From a virus: DNA of 64,000 nucleotides. Each line of letters begins with the position of its first letter. Positions within the stretch are counted from its first letter, which is position 1. The notes beneath the pieces are model-generated. The model was given only the letters and a program-made list of their open reading frames with translations, was not told the origin of the DNA and did not search any database. Below, piece after piece: positions 10,262 to 19,770 of this stretch. Made by a program: the position numbers and the translations under genes. Where the stretch lies: IMG/VR virus record IMGVR_UViG_3300013126_000012, positions 1 to 64,000 of that record, one strand, 5' to 3'.

Positions 10262-12109
10262 TCACCTTAAGTATTCGTTTTTAATATTTAGTTCTAATTT
10301 GGCCTGAGCTAGCCATGTTTCTCGACTGTAACTTGCCCAATGCGTTATGGTTGGAAGTTGATTTAATATGTCTGTAACTACGCGTGCATATACAATTGGT
10401 ATAACACTATCATCGTAATTTGTAAAATTTGGTTCTTTTTGCTGCATGAGTTTCCATACATCGGCAGCTAATGGATACCGTCGGTTTGCTCGTTCAACAT
10501 TATAACCAGAATAAAAATCGCTACCTGGATTTAATTCTGTAAGGCCGGTTTGTTTTGTGTCTCGAATTAATTCGTCAACTGTCATTGACATTTCGCAATT
10601 CATTGAATATACAATGTTGACAGTTTGAGGCAATCCAGCAAAAGATTTAACCTCACTGTTTTGAATAGATAGGTTGGTAGGTCCTGCCGGCAATCCTTTA
10701 AAACTTTCAATTGTGCAGTCTTTTAATTCTAATAGACCCGTAATGTTTGTCGACAATGCTTCAAAAGAATCAATATCCATGTGTCGAAGTACTAAAGTCT
10801 TTGCAATTCGCGGAAAATTTTCAAATGATGCTGGTTGCGGAGTTATATCAAATGTATTAACTTGTTTAAATGCAATAGGCGAATATGGTATATCTACTTT
10901 GTATATGATGTTTAGATCTGGTGCAGATACATATAATTTATCTGATTCCTGAAATATCATTTCGCTTTTTATTTTTTCTAAAAGATTGGATCCGCCTTGT
11001 ACATAATGATATAAAATATATTTTACTTCATCAGTAGTCGTAGCTAAACGCCGGTCCTTAATCATTGCAGAAATTTTTTCTTGAATCTTTGGATCTGACC
11101 AACGCGTCACGGTATCTAACCCAGTATCACAATACAATGTATCTTTTAATTTGAATATGCCTTGTTTGTTTGTTTGTACTGCACCTAACAATCGATTAAT
11201 TTCGTCTAAAAATCCAATTGGCGGCGTACCATATACTTTTTGTTCTGCTTGATACAATACGTTGCTTGGATCTTCTAACGAAACAAACGGTTTGATTGCA
11301 ACGCGTGCTACAGGATTTTTAATGTTCAAATCATCATTACGAACTAAATATGCAACCAATGTTCCAGCTTCAACATCATGTTGAACATAATGTGCATTGA
11401 TTCCAGTATATAAATTCATGCAGCTTGTCCATCCACGACCCGTACTCATTCCTGCTACATCGTATCGATGTTTTGAAAATACAATATAAAACGATTTAAC
11501 TTTGTTTTCTCGATACAATTTAACTTCTGGAATTTTGTTATAATTGTCTACAAGCTTATTGATATGTTTAAGCGCTTCTTCTTTGATTTGTTTGCGAACA
11601 TCTTCCATTGGACGCTGGCCCATCAACGTTTCTCGGCCCTTTTCATCTTTTTTGATGTATTTTTCAATTTCTTTTAATTTGTGTTGAATTTCAATTTTAG
11701 TAACAAGACCAGTAATCCATTTAGACACTTTTGTTTTACGTCCATATTCATCTGCTACCGTACCCGATATCAAATCTTCCCAATCAGGCATACGCGTACT
11801 GTATTCTGGTTTACCATCTATACGGTCTATACGATTAATTATGTCTCGAATTTCATACCAAAACCCAGTATATTCATCACTCAAATCGCTAATATCCATG
11901 TCAAATTCTTTAGACTCATATGGTACGCCGATGCGATCCAATCTACGTGATGATTTAGTATCTGGCAATGCTGCCAATGCACTCAACACTGAATCTTGTT
12001 GTTGTTCAATGTTTGGATTACGTTGCATAGAAACATATTCACGTGCTTTATCTAAAGGCAGTGCTTCTTTGATCAATTGAACTTCTAAAAGTGTTTTCAA
12101 TCTAATCAC
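10262..12109 (-). CDS. Large hypothetical protein with MIRLK N-terminal motif and C-terminal LRR-like repeats
   Basis: MIRLKTLLE start, central MSTGRGWTSCMNL, repeated SFxxLP/SFxxFP units. Confidence 0.75.
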   Translation of the reverse strand: MIRLKTLLEVQLIKEALPLDKAREYVSMQRNPNIEQQQDSVLSALAALPDTKSSRRLDRIGVPYESKEFDMDISDLSDEYTGFWYEIRDIINRIDRIDGKPEYSTRMPDWEDLISGTVADEYGRKTKVSKWITGLVTKIEIQHKLKEIEKYIKKDEKGRETLMGQRPMEDVRKQIKEEALKHINKLVDNYNKIPEVKLYRENKVKSFYIVFSKHRYDVAGMSTGRGWTSCMNLYTGINAHYVQHDVEAGTLVAYLVRNDDLNIKNPVARVAIKPFVSLEDPSNVLYQAEQKVYGTPPIGFLDEINRLLGAVQTNKQGIFKLKDTLYCDTGLDTVTRWSDPKIQEKISAMIKDRRLATTTDEVKYILYHYVQGGSNLLEKIKSEMIFQESDKLYVSAPDLNIIYKVDIPYSPIAFKQVNTFDITPQPASFENFPRIAKTLVLRHMDIDSFEALSTNITGLLELKDCTIESFKGLPAGPTNLSIQNSEVKSFAGLPQTVNIVYSMNCEMSMTVDELIRDTKQTGLTELNPGSDFYSGYNVERANRRYPLAADVWKLMQQKEPNFTNYDDSVIPIVYARVVTDILNQLPTITHWASYSRETWLAQAKLELNIKNEYLR

Positions 12110-12858
12110 TATAACTCCTGCCGTATTGCTAATTTAGGAAGATATGCTCTCCATGTAGTTAATATGTTTTCTTTTTCTTGTGGAGTAATTGTTTCATTTT
12201 CTACCCACATAGATAAATATTCATCTACTATCATTTTGAATGGCTGTTTGCTTTTCTTTGCCTTAAAATACAATCCTTGAAGCATTGCTGGTATTTCTTT
12301 TGGCAGCGTAAAATAACGAGCTGGAGGTAGATTACCAGCTTCAATTTTATTTCTAAGTGCTGCATCCGATGAAATGTATTTGCCATCAATTGTATTCCAA
12401 CCTGATTGCGTAACATGTTCAATTTCGTGACGCAACGTATTACGCAGATTCATTGCAATGCTACTTAATACGCGAGGATATTCTGCCGGATCAATTTGGA
12501 ACCGTACTTCAATTAAAGGTGGTTGATCTGCATTGCGTTTGGAATCATTGTATGCATCGCCTCCAAATCGAAGATCATCCAAACCTTCAATCCATTGCAC
12601 TTTGAGTTGCAAATAAAATTCTACCGGGATGGTTGCGTTCTCTACCTCTTCAAAATATATTTTAGGTTGAGTTTCATCATCTTCAATTTCTGGAACCGTT
12701 TCTCCTTGCTTGTAAAAGATCTTTACACTGCCGTATCGGCCTGCTGGATCGGATGCTGCTGTGTAGCTTTCTTTAATTATACCAAGCAATTTATTTGATA
12801 CGGTGGTTACTAAAGAATCATAGCGACCTTCTAAAAATAAACTCTTCATAGATATCAT
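12109..12858 (-). CDS. Putative zincin-like metallopeptidase (HExxH)
   Basis: LRHEIEHVTQ followed by YFTLPKEIPA. Start placed at MISMKSLFLE, just after the ATATTTAT motif. Confidence 0.6.
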   Translation of the reverse strand: MISMKSLFLEGRYDSLVTTVSNKLLGIIKESYTAASDPAGRYGSVKIFYKQGETVPEIEDDETQPKIYFEEVENATIPVEFYLQLKVQWIEGLDDLRFGGDAYNDSKRNADQPPLIEVRFQIDPAEYPRVLSSIAMNLRNTLRHEIEHVTQSGWNTIDGKYISSDAALRNKIEAGNLPPARYFTLPKEIPAMLQGLYFKAKKSKQPFKMIVDEYLSMWVENETITPQEKENILTTWRAYLPKLAIRQEL

Positions 12859-12869
12859 ATTAATAAATA

Positions 12870-13427
12870 TCACTCAAGTAGATTGTAATTCCAATAACGT
12901 TCTTTGTCTTGATTAAATGGATTGCCTGTTTGTTGATAATAACAATTGATACAAAGCATTTGAAGATTTTCTATGCAATGATTTGTTTCATCTCCATCAA
13001 TATGGTCTAAAAGTAACGGAACGGTATCATCGGTTATTCGGCGTTCTGCATAACCACAGGAATTGCATTGTTCTGGAAGTATTGCCAATGCCAACAATCT
13101 ATTTCGTAGCTTCCAGGTAGGATAGTTAGGATGCTTGCCTGTTAGGATATTATCAATTGAATATATACCTTTATTGGCTTTGCAGACGTCTTTTGGTATG
13201 CCTACCCCAAATTGATTTTTATGTAGCTCATATAAAGTTTTTTCAGTATCGCGATCTACGTACATTCGAGCATACTTTTTATAAGTAGTAAATGATATTT
13301 TAAGAAAGCGAGCAGCTTCGGCATTAGATTTAGTATTTTCCATTGCATAGCGTATTTCGCTTTCTGGAATATCTAATGCCGTTTTGCCGATACCATAAAT
13401 GTATTTGTATTGCTTTTCTTCCATCAA
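12870..13427 (-). CDS. HTH plus HNH endonuclease-domain protein
   Basis: SNAEAARFLKISFTTY (HTH-like); CNSC...LDHIDGDETNHCIENLQMLCINC. Confidence 0.8.
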   Translation of the reverse strand: MMEEKQYKYIYGIGKTALDIPESEIRYAMENTKSNAEAARFLKISFTTYKKYARMYVDRDTEKTLYELHKNQFGVGIPKDVCKANKGIYSIDNILTGKHPNYPTWKLRNRLLALAILPEQCNSCGYAERRITDDTVPLLLDHIDGDETNHCIENLQMLCINCYYQQTGNPFNQDKERYWNYNLLE

Positions 13428-13810
13428 TACAAACCATGTGTTTTTAAAATATTAACTGCATCACGTGGAAATGTTTTTGATGCATACATTTCCTTTACCA
13501 TGTCCCCTAACTTGTTAATTTTTGATATGAAGAACGTTGGATGAACTTTGGATCGTTGTTTAACTTCGTCGAGCCAAAAAGAATATATTGGATACTTATC
13601 ATTGAAACGATCTGCATCCGTACGATTTTCCCAATATTCAATTTGATCTTGCAATGGCCACATATGGATCGGAATGTTTGGATCTTTACGTATACCAGAT
13701 AATACCGGCATATTTTTATTTCGTTTCAAGTTTTTAGTAATAAACTTGTCCATAAGTATTGCAGAACGATCTTTTGGAGACATTCCTGTGTGTGCTGATT
13801 TTTTACCCAT
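13424..13810 (-). CDS. Hypothetical protein
   Basis: 128-aa ORF overlapping both neighbours. Confidence 0.65.
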   Translation of the reverse strand: MGKKSAHTGMSPKDRSAILMDKFITKNLKRNKNMPVLSGIRKDPNIPIHMWPLQDQIEYWENRTDADRFNDKYPIYSFWLDEVKQRSKVHPTFFISKINKLGDMVKEMYASKTFPRDAVNILKTHGLY

Positions 13811-14000
13811 TTTGTTTTTGTTTTTCTGTTAATATAACTATTTTACGCCATGCATCTTCTGCACGGTATGCATATGTTTTAAACTTAATGATATCAAGTT
13901 TTTTTCGAGCTGCTTCCATACGGCGCATATTGCGATGATAAGTTGCATGCAACAATGCAATTCGGAAACGAATAATGTAATTACGAATTTTTCTTAACAT
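13803..14000 (-). CDS. Hypothetical basic protein
   Basis: 65-aa coupled ORF. Confidence 0.55.
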   Translation of the reverse strand: MLRKIRNYIIRFRIALLHATYHRNMRRMEAARKKLDIIKFKTYAYRAEDAWRKIVILTEKQKQNG

Positions 14001-14259
14001 GTTTTTCTAGTGTTGCAGTTAAATTGCATTTAATAAAATATTCATATACGGCTTCGCAGGCATCATGCGTATCTATAAATACTGCACAACGGCCTACGTT
14101 ATGCACAATTAAAGCACATTGATGTGCTTGAAGTTCATTGTGATTGCACGCATCCATGATGCATCCTATTACATGATCAAACGTATTGTGTGTATCGTTG
14201 TGTAACACAACTTGATGCTTGCCTCGTTTAGAGGGTTTCTTCAACACTTTCTTTGACAT
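13981..14259 (-). CDS. clpS: ATP-dependent Clp protease adaptor ClpS-like protein
   Basis: VVLHNDTHNTFDHVI...QAHQCALIVHNVGRCAV. Start placed at MSKKVL. Confidence 0.85.
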   Translation of the reverse strand: MSKKVLKKPSKRGKHQVVLHNDTHNTFDHVIGCIMDACNHNELQAHQCALIVHNVGRCAVFIDTHDACEAVYEYFIKCNLTATLEKHVKKNS

Positions 14260-14431
14260 CGCGTATAATTGCACATTGTTCATATAATTCTCGATCCGTA
14301 GCATAACGTAATGATTCAGTTAAAAAACGAATTCGTCGTTGTTTATCCCATGGGTCAGGCCATTCCCAATCTCCGGTTGCCATTACATTGATTGAATCAA
14401 TAAATAATTGTTCTATGAAATTCTGATTCAT
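14228..14431 (-). CDS. Small protein with a UVR (UvrB/C)-like C-terminal motif
   Basis: ATDRELYEQCAIIRD; TTGGA-class motif at 14461. Confidence 0.6.
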   Translation of the reverse strand: MNQNFIEQLFIDSINVMATGDWEWPDPWDKQRRIRFLTESLRYATDRELYEQCAIIRDVKESVEETL

Positions 14432-14466
14432 AACTTATTATATATAAATTTGTATGTTAATCCAAA

Positions 14467-15246
14467 TTATTTAATAATTAGCTTTTGGCCAATTTGAATA
14501 GTATCTGATTTTAATCCATTAATTTTTTTAAGTGAATCAACTGTAGTACTATATTTTTGCGCAATTACACTTAACGAATCTCCAGACTTTACAACGTACG
14601 TTTTACTAGTCTTAGATTTTGTAGTAACTTGTGAATATGTTTTCCCTTTATTTGGTCCTTGTTCGTATTTGTTTGTTTTAGGATTAAATCCAAACCATTT
14701 ACTTGATTCGGGACGACCCCAATTATCTTTAACTGTTTGTTTAAAACTTAAGAATTGTTCTCTGTTCCAATCCATTCGTTTACGAACTCCCGAATTTGAT
14801 TTATAATCAACTCGATTGATATACTCGTCAGCTGCAGCTTTCCAATTACTAGCATTCATTAACTTTACTGTTTTGTTTGTGGATTTCAATTCTCCACGAT
14901 ATGCAGCATTGATTAATGCTTGCCGTACATTTACAGGTAATGATTGATATGAATCGATTAATCCGGCAGCTTTTTGCGATGCTGCAAATAAATCATTTTT
15001 TAGTAATTCAATTGCTTCTGATTGTGTAACACCATTTTTAAATCGATTACTACGAATGTCCTGATCTGTTACTTTGTGTCCATATGCAATAGTAGGATTG
15101 CCTCCTTCAAAACTTTTATGTGGAAACCAACGTTGTTTTTTATCGTTCCATCCTGACTTAATACTATTCTCCCATTGCATTATTTTTTTCATGAAATCAT
15201 CAGTAAGTGCAGAACCTTCAGTCAATAATGATTTTAACCGTATCAT
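14467..15246 (-). CDS. Phage lysozyme (GH24-like) fused to LysM, with MIRLK N-terminus
   Basis: WE...[10 protein letters not shown] catalytic region; C-terminal [16 protein letters not shown]...[15 protein letters not shown]. Confidence 0.88.
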   Translation of the reverse strand: MIRLKSLLTEGSALTDDFMKKIMQWENSIKSGWNDKKQRWFPHKSFEGGNPTIAYGHKVTDQDIRSNRFKNGVTQSEAIELLKNDLFAASQKAAGLIDSYQSLPVNVRQALINAAYRGELKSTNKTVKLMNASNWKAAADEYINRVDYKSNSGVRKRMDWNREQFLSFKQTVKDNWGRPESSKWFGFNPKTNKYEQGPNKGKTYSQVTTKSKTSKTYVVKSGDSLSVIAQKYSTTVDSLKKINGLKSDTIQIGQKLIIK

Positions 15247-15647
15247 GATTTTTTACCCCAATTTTTTGCACCTTTCTTTCTGCATGCTGATAATGCTAAT
15301 GATCCATATGCCGATGGCCATGTTCCTCCATTGCGAGTGTATCGTGCTTTTACTTTGTAATAACATGAATCTCGTTTTGCTTTCTTTTCTTCTTCAATTG
15401 CACCTTCTGCCTTAGGAGTACGTTTACCCATTCCTACTTTTCGCTTCTGTGCGACTAAAGATGTCTTTTCTTTTTTATCAAATGAACTCCATGTTTTAGG
15501 AGTATCTTTAGAAACTTTACGAGATGGTCGGCATTTTTTAACGCCTTTGGTTTTATCATTACCGCAAGGACGTCCATGTTGATCTGTCCATTTTTCCTTT
15601 ACCCATCGGCGAAGGTCTTCTGACAATAAATCAACTAAACGTATCAT
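15243..15647 (-). CDS. Conserved basic phage protein (RRWVKEKW...CRPS...TPKT family), MIRL N-terminus
   Basis: Motif pattern, including WPSAYGS. Confidence 0.7.
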   Translation of the reverse strand: MIRLVDLLSEDLRRWVKEKWTDQHGRPCGNDKTKGVKKCRPSRKVSKDTPKTWSSFDKKEKTSLVAQKRKVGMGKRTPKAEGAIEEEKKAKRDSCYYKVKARYTRNGGTWPSAYGSLALSACRKKGAKNWGKKS

Positions 15648-15671
15648 GTTATCCTTAATTTAATATAAATA

Positions 15672-16334
15672 TCATAATGTAGGAATCAATTTATATGATT
15701 TGCATCCAAACAATAACATGGATCTAAAATCAGCTTGTTGAAATGCATCTAATGAATGTTTTGATAATCTGTTGAATCGTTTGATAACAGATATTATTTC
15801 ATTCCAATCCGTATATTCTAATACCGTTTCTACATAACTAACATCAACTAACATATCTGATACATTAGCATAGTCCCATTCAATATGTACTACGGGCATA
15901 ACTCGGTCATCATCTATATAATCAATACATAAATCTAATCCGCATTTGAAACTGGTACTTAAAATGCGAAGAAGTTCGGGACGTTGTTTTGCATATCGGC
16001 GTACTTGATCTGCTGCATCTCCTGATAATGGATATCTAAAAACAAATTGACTATGATCAAGAATCAATGCAGATTGTTCATGTTGAGTAAGCCATGGCTG
16101 AATGATAGCATGAGCGCCCTTTGCTGCATCGCCGTCTTTATACCATGTTGTATCATGTTCTAATGAGATGTTATTATGTGCGTAATATGCTTGTTCTATT
16201 TCGTTTAAATCAAATCCTTCATGATCTACATGACACGTATAATTTAATAATACATGTTCGGCAACGTCATCGGGCAATGGTTTAGAAATTTGAATATCAG
16301 AGTATACGGGTTTTGATATGTTATAACTTAACAT
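15672..16334 (-). CDS. Hypothetical protein
   Basis: 220-aa coupled ORF. Confidence 0.7.
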   Translation of the reverse strand: MLSYNISKPVYSDIQISKPLPDDVAEHVLLNYTCHVDHEGFDLNEIEQAYYAHNNISLEHDTTWYKDGDAAKGAHAIIQPWLTQHEQSALILDHSQFVFRYPLSGDAADQVRRYAKQRPELLRILSTSFKCGLDLCIDYIDDDRVMPVVHIEWDYANVSDMLVDVSYVETVLEYTDWNEIISVIKRFNRLSKHSLDAFQQADFRSMLLFGCKSYKLIPTL

Positions 16335-16732
16335 TACATCATGTTTTTTATTATGTTAGCAAAATTTGTTTTTGAATTGTTAAACTCAGAGTCAGCATCA
16401 TCAAACAATTTGGTTTCAAATGAATTCTTTGATTTTTTTATCAAGCAAACCGTTGCATCAAATTGTTCTAATCCATTAAGCAAATATACAATACCGAAGT
16501 ATGCATACGTATCACAAACTTTAGCAACAAATTCTGCTTTTGAAAATATTAATTTCAATGTACCCAAATCTTCAATAGGTGCACTAAATACATGTTCTTT
16601 GCGTTTTAATCCTAAATATGAAAACTTAGGAGATGTTTTCATTTGTTTTGCAAATTCTTTGAAAAATGGTTTTGCTAATTCTTTTGGATCAACAACATTC
16701 TTTTCAATCAATATGTTTTTTAGTTTCATCAT
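16334..16732 (-). CDS. Hypothetical protein, MKLKNILIE N-terminus
   Basis: ORF carrying the shared N-terminal motif. Confidence 0.7.
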   Translation of the reverse strand: MMKLKNILIEKNVVDPKELAKPFFKEFAKQMKTSPKFSYLGLKRKEHVFSAPIEDLGTLKLIFSKAEFVAKVCDTYAYFGIVYLLNGLEQFDATVCLIKKSKNSFETKLFDDADSEFNNSKTNFANIIKNMM

Positions 16733-17148
16733 CGTGTTAGATCCTTATCATCTAGAGCTCCACCTGTTACCCAAGCCGTACAACTTCTAGATCCTGCACA
16801 TTTGAAATGAAGAAAATTGCAATATCCCAAATCAGCTTTTTCAACTGTTGCCATGGCATCTACGTTTTTTTCATTGCCTTCGATGCCCTTTTGCATACAC
16901 TTCCACATTTTATCTGAAACATCAAATGCTGCACAATTACCACATTTCATAGTTTTTGCTGTAGTTTCATCTATCTTCCAACGCTTAGCAGCAGTTTTCC
17001 AATAGTTGCCTGGTTTATCTGGATTAGCTGGACCATAATAGTATTTATCAATTGCAGTTTGCCGATTCTTAAGATTCATATCGATGTCCTGTGTTGCAAT
17101 GGGGCAACCTGTTTTTGCTTCAATCAATAAATGTTTTAGCTTTTCCAT
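16729..17148 (-). CDS. Cys-rich putative metal/Fe-S-binding protein (HiPIP-like Cys spacing)
   Basis: CGNCAAF...GYC...FKC...SCTAW; N-terminus MEKLKHLLIE. Confidence 0.6.
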   Translation of the reverse strand: MEKLKHLLIEAKTGCPIATQDIDMNLKNRQTAIDKYYYGPANPDKPGNYWKTAAKRWKIDETTAKTMKCGNCAAFDVSDKMWKCMQKGIEGNEKNVDAMATVEKADLGYCNFLHFKCAGSRSCTAWVTGGALDDKDLTR

Positions 17149-17630
17149 TATTTTCGATGTTTCGAAATCTCTACCACAGCAAGTTGTTTAAGTGCTGCAC
17201 GTTTTGATTTTGGACGTTTAGATAATCTGCGTCCTGATTTAGTAGTAGCAAAATATCCTGCTTCTGTTTTTTCAATGCGTTCTGGCATCATTTGTTTAAG
17301 TTGATCTTTAAATCCAACGGGAACGAATTGTGGTTGTGTGGTATTGCCTCCGAAGCCATGCATTTCATTATCGTGATGCCCTATAGCATTCATTAAGAAA
17401 TCGCCTACTTCTTGAATGTCATCTTTTGAAGTAGCAACATGATCTGCTGCCCAATCGTGCCCATTACTCAACATGCGTTGAACTTGACTCGGATCCATTT
17501 GCAACATGGCATCCACATATTTTTTGATTGTTTTTAAATTGCCAAAAAACATGTAATTGGTGTTTTCGGAATCTTGACATCCGCCTTTGGCTCCGCCGCA
17601 ACCACAACCACATTCGTTCAATCGTTTCAC
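17148..17630 (-). CDS. Hypothetical protein
   Basis: ECGCGCGG N-terminus, NYMFF...GHDWAADH, basic C-terminus. Confidence 0.65.
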   Translation of the reverse strand: MKRLNECGCGCGGAKGGCQDSENTNYMFFGNLKTIKKYVDAMLQMDPSQVQRMLSNGHDWAADHVATSKDDIQEVGDFLMNAIGHHDNEMHGFGGNTTQPQFVPVGFKDQLKQMMPERIEKTEAGYFATTKSGRRLSKRPKSKRAALKQLAVVEISKHRK

Positions 17631-17631
17631 G

Positions 17632-17802
17632 TTAGTCCTTTGCTAATACTGACCAGATTGTTCCAGTTAGTGAAATAATGCCGCCGACTATTTCCGTAGC
17701 AGCAGTTTCATCAATAAGTCCTTTGGCAATCAAGATACCACCTACAAATGTTAAGGTGTGTCGAAGAATTCCAAGTAATTGTTCTCGTGTTAAACGTTTC
17801 AT
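17632..17802 (-). CDS. Small 2-TM holin-like protein (56 aa)
   Basis: Not in the ORF track. Manual translation MKRLTREQLLGILRHTLTFVGGILIAKGLIDETAATEIVGGIISLTGTIWSVLAKD; ATATTTAT motif at 17818-17825. Confidence 0.7.
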   Translation of the reverse strand: MKRLTREQLLGILRHTLTFVGGILIAKGLIDETAATEIVGGIISLTGTIWSVLAKD

Positions 17803-17842
17803 ATGTTCCTTTTTTATATAAATATGATGATTATAATATTAG

Positions 17843-18562
17843 TTAAGTTAATTGAACTCGTTTCCATAGGCCATTATTTGCATTGTATACATATAGGTAT
17901 TCAGTGGCGTCATCCCAATATATTGAACCTGCAACTGGTTGATCTGGTCGATCATTTGGTAATACAAACTTTCCTGTAAACCCAGACCCGCCAAGTCCGG
18001 CCAAGTTTATTATGCCATCTTTATTTGCAGTTAGGTTTGTATTCGTATCAAGTTGTCCAGCAAACCCAACGAGTGATCCAGATATAAATGTTGATCCAGT
18101 AATGGTTAGTGCATTTTGAGCGAATGGGGTGCCTATTCTTAACGACCCCGATACCGCTAATGAACCTGTAATGCCCATCGACCCTGTTACTTGAGCTGAA
18201 CCTGTAAACGGAAAGCCTACTCCCGAACCTCCACCTGCATTAAGAGCAAATGATGCTGTTACTGCATATGATGAACTCAATGCCGATAATGCATAACTTG
18301 ATGTGGCTGGAACGTTACTAGCAAATGATGCTGTGGTTGCATAAGAAGCACTCAATGCAGTTGTAGCAAATGATGCTGTTAAAGCACTAGTAGCAAATGA
18401 TGCCGTGCCTGTTAGAGTGCCAACTAACGATCCACTAAATGAACCTGTTGCAACAACGGTTGTAGTTGTGCTAGTTCCATCCAATGCATCAATGATATTT
18501 GTTATGTGCGTAGGTTGTATCGTTCCGCCGCCGGTGATACCCGTTCTACTTATTGTTCCCAT
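17843..18562 (-). CDS. Ser/Thr/Gly-rich fibre-like virion protein
   Basis: TASFA/SASYA repeats, ITGS repeats, C-terminal GSIYWDD...LYVYN...W. Confidence 0.7.
   Translation of the reverse strand: MGTISRTGITGGGTIQPTHITNIIDALDGTSTTTTVVATGSFSGSLVGTLTGTASFATSALTASFATTALSASYATTASFASNVPATSSYALSALSSSYAVTASFALNAGGGSGVGFPFTGSAQVTGSMGITGSLAVSGSLRIGTPFAQNALTITGSTFISGSLVGFAGQLDTNTNLTANKDGIINLAGLGGSGFTGKFVLPNDRPDQPVAGSIYWDDATEYLYVYNANNGLWKRVQLT
18240..18410 (-). repeat. Intragenic short repeats encoding TASFA/SSYA units
   Basis: GCAAATGATGC recurs four times on the plus strand. Confidence 0.7.
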
Positions 18563-18743
18563 TTACGTCCTTGTTTCGTTTTTTGTATATTGGCCAATTC
18601 TTTGTTTTTTCGTTGAGCCACGCTTGTCGTTCATCACAACCACAATCTTCATCTAAAAGTTTAGCAATTTGTTCTGCTAATTTATCTAAACGAGTTGCAC
18701 TTGTTATGCGTTTGATATCATCGCCTAATCCTTTACTTGACAT
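18546..18743 (-). CDS. Conserved small phage protein (GLGD...DCGCDER..WLN)
   Basis: Motif pattern. Confidence 0.65.
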   Translation of the reverse strand: MSSKGLGDDIKRITSATRLDKLAEQIAKLLDEDCGCDERQAWLNEKTKNWPIYKKRNKDVNGNNK

Positions 18744-19770
18744 ATTTACTCCCATTTCTTATTTTGTTTAATAATTGCATCATAACCGTTTGCCATTGAG
18801 GCGTATGTGGTATTTCAAATACTCGAGTGCCCGGATATGTATAAGATTGTTCCGGATGCATCAATTGCATATGGCCCGTATCATCAATGCCTAATACTTT
18901 ATATGGTACCCGTTGCATTGTAATTTGATTACCCGGTATCATGGTACATCGTCCGGGATGTTTCCATTGTCCTTGCGAATCAGAAACGCCGCCGGTTTTT
19001 TTAATAATCATGTTCCATTCTGTTTCTGATAATACGCGTTGTTTTGTTACGTGTTGAGCTAACGATTCGAGTACCGATTCATCCATAATCATTTGACTCA
19101 TTGAAGATTGCTGTAACATTTCTTTTAATCTATCTACTAAACCTTTATTACGAAGATATTTAAATGCTAAATTTTCAATTGAATATTCACCAGCTGCATC
19201 TAATCCAGTTTTGCGCAAATTCTGCAATTTTATCAATAATCGTTTTATTTTTTTATTAATATTTGGATCTTGCATTGATAACTGTTCAATTTCATGTACA
19301 TATGGTTGTGCTTTTTGCTGAATCAAATCATCATCAATTGAAATAACATCTGCATTTGGTTTTTGAATCCATTTGTTTTTCATCAACGAAAATATTCCTA
19401 CCGAACCATGCAAATCTTGATTTGAATCTTGTGCATATAATTCAATATCCATTCCTTTGAATTTTAATGGATATTTTGAACTCCATATACTTTTTTTAGC
19501 ACGAAGGTAATTTTCTACTAAAAATAAATTGCTTCCAATTTCTAAATAATTTACAATAATATGAATATCAATATCGCTATTATCCGTCCAATTATAATTT
19601 GCATTGCTACCAATTAGTACAATATCTATTATCGATGCATCAATTTCTAAAAACTTATAGAATTCATTTGCAATCTTTAAAAAGCCACTACGAACTTTAT
19701 CTGGCATCGTTTGATCAGATGTCCAAAGCTTTGGATTAAGTTCATTATGTGTTTGATATTCATGTAACAT
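18733..19770 (-). CDS. Pol-beta-superfamily nucleotidyltransferase-domain protein
   Basis: LIGSNANYNW...SDIDIHI (GS...DxD) plus a third acidic residue in DIELY. Confidence 0.8.
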   Translation of the reverse strand: MLHEYQTHNELNPKLWTSDQTMPDKVRSGFLKIANEFYKFLEIDASIIDIVLIGSNANYNWTDNSDIDIHIIVNYLEIGSNLFLVENYLRAKKSIWSSKYPLKFKGMDIELYAQDSNQDLHGSVGIFSLMKNKWIQKPNADVISIDDDLIQQKAQPYVHEIEQLSMQDPNINKKIKRLLIKLQNLRKTGLDAAGEYSIENLAFKYLRNKGLVDRLKEMLQQSSMSQMIMDESVLESLAQHVTKQRVLSETEWNMIIKKTGGVSDSQGQWKHPGRCTMIPGNQITMQRVPYKVLGIDDTGHMQLMHPEQSYTYPGTRVFEIPHTPQWQTVMMQLLNKIRNGSKYVK

